Assembly (NCBI GenBank): GCA_900088475.1
Contig: FLMG01003200.1
Span: 1-35,936, forward strand
Length of the DNA stretch: 35,936 bases
From: Hyphochytrium catenoides
Taxonomy: Eukaryota; Protista; Hyphochytriomycota
Direction of reading: 5' to 3'
In this document: positions 26,101 to 35,936 of the stretch, in pieces
Layout: every line of letters starts with the position of its first letter
Numbering within the stretch: position 1 is the first letter of the stretch
Translations under genes and position numbers: made by a program
The notes under the pieces: model-generated
The model's database searches: none
What the model saw: only the letters and a program-made list of their open reading frames with translations
What the model was told of the DNA's origin: nothing

Positions 26101-27860
26101 TGCTGCTTGTATAGCTTGTAGCGGATGTTGGACCTCCAGGAAGAGAAGCACTTTCTGATAATATAATTTTTGTAAAAGGGAATGCTGGCAATCACGTTGA
26201 AGCAGGTGCTTTGTCTCATCCACTCAGAGAGAGGGATGAACTCACTAGGTTGGCCTACGGCATCAGTGAATGAAGGAGAATGGCGTAGTGAGTCAATAAA
26301 CGTTAGCTAACAGGCGAACCCAAGGAGAGTGTGCCAAGAAAATCTACATTGGTACAAGTTGATGGAATGGCGCGCGCGAGAGAGCGTTTTGAACACATGA
26401 AGGGAAAGAAAGAAAGAAAGGAAGAAAGAAAGAGACAGAGTGAGAGAGAGACCTTGTAGGGTAAATGGACTGCGCAAGTGCGCGATAGGTCATGCGCACA
26501 AACTAAAAACCGGTAGAGAGAGAGAGAGAGAATGACCAGAGCCGCACTCCTACCAGGCTGTACATGGACAAGGCCCGAAGCAGACATTGTAAAGTATTCT
26601 GGGTTGGTCTTGTCGGGAGCCACCACGACAAGGTCATAAGGCCTGAATTTGAGGCCGGTCTCAGCCCGATTGAGGTGTACGAACTTTATCTCGGTTGTGT
26701 CGTTACACTGGGCAAAGAAGGCGATTGCATCCTCTCCCGAGCGGAGAGAAGAGTCATCTCCATCTCCATAGGAGTACACATCGGATCCATTGTGAGTTGA
26801 TGGCATGAGCTCTGGATGCAAGGCTGTCGAAGAAGGAATGAGTATAGAGGACCTGCTTGTAGACGACAGAAAAACATGGCAAGCCAACATAAACGAAAGC
26901 TCAGAGACGAAGAAAGCGAAAAGTTAGTAGTCTCAGTGTGAAGATAGCCACGGAGCACAGAAGGAAAAGAATCAGGTGAGGCAGAATAGCCCTTGAAACG
27001 ACGTAAGCAATAGCTTCAATGAGGACAAGGATTGCTCCGAGAAATGAGCTCTGATGCTCTAGGAACAGAGAAAGATTATACAGGGGAGAATGGGGTTCCC
27101 AACGTTGCTGTCCCTCCACTTCCCGACTTACCGGCGTGCTCTTCCTCTTCCAGGATGCTGTCCACCCTTTCACTCTCGGGAATGATGGCAGATTTGAGCA
27201 AAGTCTCCACTTCCGATTCTCTTGGGGCCTCTCCGGGGCGGAGTGCTGCTGCTTTGTTCCCATCTCTATATCCAGCTCCTCTTCCTTCTCCTGCCCGCAT
27301 CTTGGGGCTTCTACCAGGACTGCCCATAGCAGTCTTATTTGGGGAGGAAGGACCAGCTTCTCTTCCTTTACTTGGGAGGTCATACTTCGCTAGACTATTG
27401 GGGTCAAACGTATAGACAGAGTGGTGCTCTGCCCGTTCGTCCCCTAGCTTTATTGTGGAAGAGCCCAAGAGCTTATTCTTCTTTCCAAGAGGAGACCGTG
27501 GAGGACTTCGAGGAGGACTGCTACTTCGCTGCCCTGCCACGCCAGCAGCAAAGCTTTCCACCCGCTGCATGCAAGTGATTACAGAGGAACGACAATGAGA
27601 CTCTTATGATAGTGGTCAGAGAAAGAGAGGAAGCAAAGTCCTTAAAATATGTAAGTCTACGGATCAGGAAAGGTTGAGCTTTCAAAAAGAAGCGAGGGAA
27701 AGCGAAGGTATCAGAAAGGGAAAGCGAAGGTATCAAAAAGAGAAACCCGGCTGCAGGGAGAGGCGGGCCAGTCCAGGAGGAAAAGACTTGCCTGATCAGT
27801 TGGGAGAGGAGGAACAAATTTTATATCCTTCTTCTTCGGCGATTTTGGTGAAGAAGACAT
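2120..27860 (-). CDS. Axonemal dynein heavy chain, single-headed inner-arm type (DNAH6-like), ~63 exons, ~4,100 aa
   Basis: Hand-spliced, frame-consistent exon chain from a proposed ATG at 27860 to TGA at 2120. P-loops: P1 GPAGTGKT (19181-19204), P2 GETASGKT (17096-17119), P3 GETGVGKS (15229-15252), P4 GVGGSGRQS (13196-13222). Other motifs: [116 protein letters not shown]. The DNAH6-like call is an inference from [38 protein letters not shown] and the short tail (confidence ~0.65). The first exon (27792-27860) is less certain; the alternative start is 27570. Confidence 0.96.
7741..7956 (-). other. GC-AG intron in the dynein gene (216 bp)
   Basis: The conserved junction NPHYMPE|[10 protein letters not shown] requires the donor GAG|GCAAGC at 7956 and the acceptor gtgcag at 7741. 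Confidence 0.9.
19053..19142. repeat. Intronic (CT)n/(GA)n microsatellite (GA on the dynein sense strand, near the donor)
   Basis: Imperfect ctctct run inside intron 18874-19168. Confidence 0.9.
20155..20230. repeat. Intronic (GATA)/(GA)n microsatellite plus an 18-bp tandem duplication
   Basis: agatagatagatagagagagag... followed by tgtagagaaagagaatgg twice (20193-20228). Confidence 0.85.
21725..21783. other. Assembly gap (59 N) covering the 3' end and donor of a dynein exon
   Basis: Run of N; the coding frame HRDQKDLF runs into the gap and intron-like sequence emerges on the other side. Confidence 0.97.
27565..27791 (-). other. Probable first dynein intron, GC-AG (227 bp)
   Basis: Donor CAG|GCAAGT follows a 23-codon ATG exon ([23 protein letters not shown]). 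Acceptor ttgcatgcag joins it in phase 0 to RVESFAAG. The length is typical for this gene. Confidence 0.65.
27695..27738. repeat. 22-bp tandem duplication in proposed dynein intron 1
   Basis: agggaaagcgaaggtatcagaa followed by agggaaagcgaaggtatcaaaa. Confidence 0.85.
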
Positions 27861-28240
27861 CTTATCAAGGCCCTCTGCTAGACCTTCCGTCTCTCCTGTT
27901 CCTCTCTCTCTTTCTCTCTTGCTCCAACAAGCAGAGCAGACGAGAGGAGGTGGTCTCCCCCTCTCCTAGCTGGCTTTGTTCTCTCGAGAGAGCTACAGGC
28001 TATCTCATCGTTGCTTGAAGCCAGCCACAAAGCAACGTCCTGGCCTCTGCCTGAATCCGATGAAGCTTGAAAAGCTTGTGGAGTCTCAAGGAGATTCAGC
28101 GTCAGGAACCGCGCGAAGGAGGCCACATAAAATATAATGTCTCTACTATCTCTCTCTCCTCTAGCTCATGCGCCTCATTGCCCCTTGCTCCTGCTTCCTA
28201 CTCCAAGCTTCCTCGTTTCTCTTTCGGCTCTCCTCTCACT

Positions 28241-28384
28241 CTAGCATCTTGTCCTGTCTCCCTTCCTGTCTCTCTTTCCCTTCCTCTGTCTCTCTCTCTC
28301 TCTCTCTCGGTCGTTCTCTCTCTCTTCAAGTCTGTGCGTTCCTCTCTGTCTCTCTCTTCTCTCTCCCTTCTCTTCTCTCTCCCC

Positions 28385-28440
<56 letters not shown>

Positions 28441-28525
28441 GCCTGTCTGTCTGTCTGTTTCTCTCTCTGTCTGTCTGTCTCTCTATCTGTCTGTGTCTCT
28501 CTCTCTCTCTCTCTCTCTCTTTCTC
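28241..28525. repeat. (CT)n/(CTGT)n compound microsatellite between the divergent dynein and panC genes
   Basis: ~285 bp pyrimidine-dominated tract on +; source of the spurious SL/ER-repeat ORFs. Confidence 0.93.
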
Positions 28526-28538
28526 ATTTCCGCTCCCA

Positions 28539-28653
28539 GTATGATGATGAGGGGAATGACGCTTCACAATATTGGCTCTTTAAGCTTATCGACCGTTATT
28601 CGCTGCCACAAGAGCTGTTATGTTAAAGGTCCTCACTTTAATTGGCTGAATAC
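28539..28653 (+). ncRNA. Candidate box C/D snoRNA-like element (unconfirmed)
   Basis: GTAT-g-ATGATGA (C box 28544-28550) ... CTGA (D box 28646-28649)-ATAC gives a 4-bp terminal stem in K-turn register, 115 nt long. No convincing D'/C' boxes, and the D box overlaps an ATTGGCTGA CCAAT context. Confidence 0.25.
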
Positions 28654-28893
28654 ACATCAGTCATATTCCGTATAATCAATGTTTTGTATTGCCGTATTGC
28701 TGATAGGAGCAATGTCTGTTATTGCCTTCTTCTGTCTGCAGAGTCTTCATAAACAAGCTCACTCTCGAGAACAATGCTTCTGATGTCAGATCTGAAGATC
28801 TTCAGCCTGCAGAAGGCTTCGGCTTGTTACCGCCGGAGCTCGACTTTGTAGGAGGCACGCAGCCAACGAAGAGGCACTGCGAGTGTCGACCCA

Positions 28894-30382
<1,489 letters not shown>

Positions 30383-30967
30383 TGGTAGGTTCTCTTTTCT
30401 CTTTCATGCACGCATCTTCTCATATGCTTCCTCTACTTCTCCTGTTTGCCATAGTACGAATTGCGGGCATTTGTGCCATCAGTGCCTGCAGCTATAGTCC
30501 TCTCGGTCCCAATTTTCTATTCGACCTCCCTTGAAACTAATGGGGTTGGCCGTATGTCCCTTGCGGACTATATGCTGAACCCAAAGTGACCGTCAGGTCA
30601 GGTCCTTTCTGGCACCTCTGCAACCTTGCTTTTCAAATCAGCCCCCGCCAGCTTGGCTGCACGATGGTCTTCGCTCGCTATCAAAATGTGCTGCACTCCT
30701 TTATTTAAAAAAGTTGTCTCTTATCTGTCAGACCTTATACTTCCTCACTAGTTGGATTCTGAAGCTACCTGCTTGTCTTTGAGTCAATGGCTAACCTATC
30801 CTAGCAGTACTTTGCTACTTCTAATCCTTTCAGTCTTGCCCATACGTCTACACTTGCGACTATACCTACCGTGTAAACTTATACAATAATGCGGAAAACA
30901 TAAATATGAACTATTCTCATAAATTACCTCTGCATTTGTCCTTGCGATCGGTGTTACCTCGTCCTTT

Positions 30968-33900
30968 CTACACTCCCCGAGCTCCATTTCTTAACGGCAG
31001 CATGTTGGTGAGAGTGAGCAGAACGATAAGAGAGAGAGATGTCAAGACAGAGACCATGGCTGCGGTGGTCAGTTGCTCTCTCCATCCTGGGTACCGCCCA
31101 GCTCCCTCTCCTTCCCCTGAAACACCGCGTTGCCTCTTACGCATCTCCTCCTGTGAGCTTTCTGCCACGTTGGTCCTAATCAACCTTCCTGCTCCTCTTC
31201 TCTCCGTTATGCTTCCCCTTTGTGATACAACGTACGAGTCATTAGAGTAGCGAGACACCAGAGAAGACGATCGTCTGTCCCTGAGAGTTATTCTGGAGGA
31301 AGAACTTGGAGAGTCGAGACTGTTGAGAGTGCTTGCTCTATGCTGAGAGTCAAGAGTGCTTGGCCTATGCTGACTCAGCCGGCCGGCTCCTCCAGTAGCG
31401 TGGATGACGCTTCCCCTCTCCGCTCTCTCGCATACCACTTCGCTGCCTGAGCATATACACTCGGGTTGGCTGTATCTATGGCAGGGCTGTCCCGGACAAT
31501 GCACACTTATGGCGTCGGTCAGTGAGACACCATCCTCAAAGAATTGCGAAGACTCTCCTACATTCGTTGCTGTAAGAATTGGCTGCCCTCCAGAATAGGA
31601 GAAGGAGAGAGAGCGAGAATAGCGCGCATAGACCGCCTTCTCCTGAAGAAGCTTTTGGGCTTTAAGCTTTGGCCCACTCTTCCTTCTAACTGGCAATATT
31701 TCCTGCAGCTCTTGCCTATCCAGATGCACGAAAAGCTCGCCGTGCACACAGTTGTCTTGAATCTTCTTGCAGATATCCTCGATGAAATCTTGTCCAAGAT
31801 CAGAGTCAGACAATCTCCTCCTCACCCATCCTTGAACCTGTCGCACCGTCCAGAATCTCTCATGGCCCTCTGCGCCGTCTGTTATCCAGTCCTCAGAGGT
31901 GGCAGCCACGTGACACGCTGCTACAAGTGAACGCCTTATCAGGACGTTGTCAATACAGAAATGTTCCCCAAGGAGAAGCTCATCATCCACTTGGTCGAGT
32001 ACAGAGCCATCGATTTGCTGCTCTGCAAAGCGCAAAGCGATGGAGTGGGGAAAGCCTTGCCACAGAAGCCAAGCAGCAACTTGAGGGCTCGTCCACTGTT
32101 CAGTAGGAACGAGAGCAAAGTCTGACCCATCTATTGCGGGTTCTGTGGACAGTCCTCCTGCTCGCTTTCCACTGCTTTCACCTACTTTTCCTCCTCCACT
32201 AACACCTCCCGCAGCCGCTATGACGGGCTTAGACTGGGAAGAAGGTGTGCTTTGAAGAACTTCTTCGTAAGAAATAGCTCGGGCCCCGTATGGGCTTGCG
32301 CCAGGTGTGAAGATTGCTGGCAGCAACTTTGGGCCGCCATTCATGACGGGGGTGGAAGGCTGAGAATTTTGTAAGCCGGCGTCTAATAGCCCCTGTTTCT
32401 CTCGGAAAAGAATCCTATTTCGGTCAATTAGCTGGTGTAAGGTCCGGTAAGCTCGATAGTACTCGGCGGGCATGCCTTGGGTCCCATGGCCCACGGACAG
32501 CTGGCGAACATACTGATTGGAATGACTCAACGCCTCAATCATGGCGTTCAACCCCGATATGCCGTAGGCGTTATTCTCGACGTCTAGCGACGTGAGGCTT
32601 GTGTTGGATCTCAGAAAGTGTGCCAACGCAGCTAGGCCTGCAAGAGACATGATGAATTAGAGAGGGTATACTTTTAGCCAGGCTAGAGAGAAAGAATCGA
32701 CAGTGAAAAGATGTCTCAGGCGCCTTCACAGAGAGCTATGGAAATCGCTGTTAAGAAGGAAGAAAAGCAAGCTACGACTGAAGGAAGAGAGAAAAACCCC
32801 TCGAAGTATCTTCTTGTCTTTCCGTTTCTCTACTTACCATCATCTCCAATGTTGTTCTTATATAACTTCAGGGTGTTCAGCCGGCAATTCCTACTTTCCT
32901 CTAGGGCAGACGAAAGAGTAATAATTCCCTGAGAGCCCAAGTTGTTCTCCGCTAATCCTAAGGTCTCAAGAGTGCAAGAGAGGGTCTGCAGTAGGAGAAG
33001 TACAGAGTCTATGCTCTCGTCCCCAAGTTGATTCCAGCCAAGCTCCAGGGTCCTGAGATTGCTGGTCATCGACACGCAAGCGGCAAGAGCTGCGATGCCT
33101 TCCTTTTTAATCTAAAGTAGGGACGTAGAGAAGTCAAATTATAATGCCGCAGAGAGCGAGCCGTTACGTCGCTCGATTGGATTACGGAGCATGAAGGTGG
33201 TGGAAGGCAGATCGTATCAGAAAGACATGGCAAGGGACAGAGCGAGCCAGCGAGAGACGAAAAGGGCGAGAGCATGTAGCGGAAGCACAGAGAAGAGGAG
33301 CGAGGTCACAAGAGAGAGATCACTTCAAACAAAAGACAGCCGTGTGGTGGTGCCTGACCTGGTTGCTACTGAGGTCAAGGAAAGTGAGCCTATCATTTGC
33401 CATCAGCCCAGGAGCAAGCTTGATAAGCCCTTGCGATAGAAGAGAACACCCATTAAAAGACAGAGAAGTCAAGGAAGAGTTCTCCCTTATTCCCTCCCCC
33501 AGAGCAGACAGTTCCTCCTCGGCTTGGGAGAACTCATTCCCGCTAAGGAAGATGTGCTTCAGCGCCGTAGAGCGGGAGAGAAGGATGGAGAGAGATACTA
33601 AGCCTTCTCTTTCTATCCCATTGTAGCTAAGGTCCAGTTCGGTGACTGAGGGAAGAAGGAAGATATCCAAGAGCCGCGATACACCTGGAGAGCTCAGCTG
33701 ATTATCTCTAAGGTTAATGTTGGCCTCGATCGCCGATAACTTCTCCTCCACTTCCCCTACTTTCTCGTCTAACGTCTCTCTCTCTTCTTCCCTCCTTTTC
33801 TCCTCGTATTTCTCTTCCTCGTCGTTTTCTTTCCTCTCTTCCTTCTCTTCTTCAACGTCATCTGAGCAAGGGATGTTACATTCTCTCCATAGTCGCTCGT

Positions 33901-34165
33901 GTAGCTCTTCAAGAGCGTCCGTCGTCAGGGATTTGTTGGCCAGGTTGATAAGCTTCTGTGCCACTATCCTCTCGCCTCTCTTTACCCTGTGCTCCAAGAT
34001 AGAGGAAGAAAGAATAAGAGAGAGAGGAGCGTCCACGGGCAACTCTCCCAGGTCACTTGCGACGGAGAGTCGTGACATTGTGCTGCAGCGGGATTCGGAG
34101 GCTTCATAACTTTGGTGCCTATTAGCGTGATCCTCTGCTTGGGAGTATGAGGCTGGCGCTGCCAT
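30968..34165 (-). CDS. RI-like LRR + tandem SAM + C-terminal transmembrane protein, 3 exons, ~916 aa
   Basis: Exons 34165-33359, 33111-32838 and 32637-30968 (GT-AG, phases 0 and 1). LRR cores: INLRDNQL, LDLSYNGI, IFLSGNEF, LSFNGCSL, LDLSSNQI, LELGWNQL, LGLAENNL, LKLYKNNI, LDVENNAY. SAM-like segments: WTSPQVAAWL...FAEQQIDGSVL and WTVRQVQGWV...IQDNCVHGELF. Terminal hydrophobic helix AAMVSVLTSLSLIVLLTLTNML. The 5' end is less certain (possible acceptor at 34208). Confidence 0.85.
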
Positions 34166-34659
34166 AGCTCTGTTCTTTTCGTCTTTGCCTCTCTTCTTGA
34201 ATCTGCCCTAGGCAGAGTTATGAATGAAGTTGGAGCATCGACAACTCGAGGGAATGAAAGAGCCTTTCCTCTTCAGTCTGAAGATGGCCTTGCTTCCTTC
34301 CACTTTTTTCCTTTGCAAGTCTCTACTTTCTTCTGAGATGTTTTGGGCCTCCGTCTCCTTCGCTATGCTACTCAGATCTTCTTGGCCAATGACATCTCCT
34401 GCGAGCTGCTTTCGCTCTCAACTGGATGACTGATGTCTGGAGATGATTGAGTAGGGGGATTGGAGAGAGAGAAGGGAGAGAGAGAGGCAAGCAAGTATGA
34501 AAGGAGAGCAAAGAGAGGGCTGGCTGAGGAAGACAGACAAGCAGAAAGGACTTCCCAAAGGGAGGACATGCAAGAAGAAGAAAGCTCTATGATGATGTCC
34601 AAAGGAAACCAACGTTCACATGGCAAATGAGACCGAGAAAGAGACACATTTTTTAGTAA

Positions 34660-34784
34660 AAAGAAAGAAAGAGAGAGGAGAGGAAGAGGAAGAGAGAGAG
34701 AGAGAAGAGAGAGAAGAGAGACAAGGGATAGAGAGAGAGAGACAGAGAGAGACAGAGAGAGAGACACAGAGAGAGACACAGAGG

Positions 34785-34832
<48 letters not shown>

Positions 34833-35020
34833 AAGCAAGAGAGAGAGAGAAAGAAAGAGAGGAAGAGAGTGAAAGAGAGAGAGTGAGAGAGAGAGAGAAC
34901 GAGAAAGCGAAAGAGAGAGAGAGAGAATAGAGAAAGAATGAGAGAGAAAGAGAGAGAGTGGGAGAGAGAGAGCGAACGAGAGAGAGAGAGGCAGAGAGAG
35001 AAAGAAAGAGGGATAGAGGA
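34660..35020. repeat. (GA)n/(GACA) compound microsatellite (CT on the sense strand of the LRR-SAM gene)
   Basis: ~360 bp purine-dominated tract on +. Confidence 0.93.
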
Positions 35021-35187
35021 AAGTGGGGTTGGTTGTTGGAGTAGCCAGGCGAGCCCATCACTCCACCCTCCATTCTCTGCCCCTACTGTACCGGGCGTAC
35101 AGCCACATACACGGTCCACGTACGTGCATGATCAGAGATATGCTCTATAGAGGCAACCCATGATACTAAAATCCAGTTAAGTTATAT

Positions 35188-35484
35188 CTAGAATCTGGTA
35201 TCGTTGTCGGAACGGACATAGCCGTTAACGCTCGCGAATATTTGGCTGCAGTTGAAGATACCCGTCATCCGTTTTTCTTCTTCTTCTTCATCGTCATCAT
35301 GTTCATCATCTCGCCACTCGTCCTCGTTGTCTCTATGAGAACCAGAGGTAGAATGGGCAGGAGGAGAGGAGGAGGTCACACATCGCCTGTCGCTGACTGA
35401 AGGCCGAGATGTGAGGGAAGAAGCTGTACCACCATCAGCAGTGCTACTGGCAGCAGTGGCGGTGCTTCCTCTGCTGTCGTCCTT
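35188..35484 (-). other. Orphan low-complexity/acidic open frame (~99 codons), unresolved
   Basis: KDDSRGSTATAASST...RDNEDEWRDDEHDDDEEEEEKRMTG...DTRF* has protein-like composition but no in-frame 5' ATG and no clear acceptor. Confidence 0.3.
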
Positions 35485-35936
35485 TCATTTTGCCTCAATT
35501 AAAGTTGAAAGTCGATCGACCGGTAGGAACTAGGGGTAGTCGCTGCTTAAAAAGACGCTCGACGAAGGGTAACTTCAAGGTCCACATATTGTACGCCGAC
35601 TTGAGACAAGCGCAAGGGTCAGATTGGGAGCATAAGTAGCAGGTTACCAGCGATGACACTTGTTCGAAACTTCTAAAGAGAGCCAACTTTCTAGGCTGCT
35701 GCCCTTTCACTTTGTCGCAAGTGCTTCAACAACTGGATGCTGCTTCTTACGTGCTCGGCGATGATAGGGCAAAGATGGGGCCATGCTTATAGAGGGCCAT
35801 GTTTATAGTAACATCTTCAGACCTTTCGACGAAAAGGAGAAGACTTTCCTTGACAAGGGCTGGAAATTGCAAGTAAAACCGTGATATTAGCTCATCGCAC
35901 GCTGCTCATAAGTGCTCCTCCGCGCATGCCGACCCC

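Noticed and set aside
2120-27860. Introner elements, U12 introns or an alternative genetic code explaining the fragmented ORFs
   Set aside because: All visible breaks resolve with GT-AG or GC-AG U2-type introns. I saw no shared intron sequence, TIRs or GTATCCTT donors, and TAA, TAG and TGA are all used as stops. An all-vs-all intron BLAST would be the definitive introner test.
28067-28675. Long SL-repeat and ER-repeat ORFs (also 18956-19256 and 34372-35150)
   Set aside because: Translation artefacts of CT/GA microsatellites, which lack stop codons.

Overview
Eukaryotic genomic DNA read in the standard genetic code, most likely from a flagellate-capable stramenopile (inferred from histone and dynein sequence style and oomycete-type core promoters). 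Left to right: (1) a divergent, intronless histone H2A (C-terminal SQDY, H2A.X-type)/H2B pair sharing a ~790 bp promoter with six CCAAT boxes and a mirror-image INR+FPR core promoter for each gene; (2) a ~25.7 kb minus-strand axonemal inner-arm dynein heavy chain (DNAH6-like), traced by hand through ~63 exons (~4,100 aa), with one well-supported and one proposed GC-AG intron and a 59-N gap; (3) a CT microsatellite and a possible box C/D RNA upstream of a 4-exon pantoate-beta-alanine ligase (panC) that carries a mitochondrial-type presequence; (4) a convergent 3-exon gene for a ~916 aa protein with RI-like LRRs, tandem SAM domains and a C-terminal tail anchor, the best novelty candidate here; (5) a long GA tract and an unresolved acidic orphan reading frame. 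No CRISPR, rRNA, tRNA or mobile element was seen. All coordinates and counts are hand-derived and no database searches were run.
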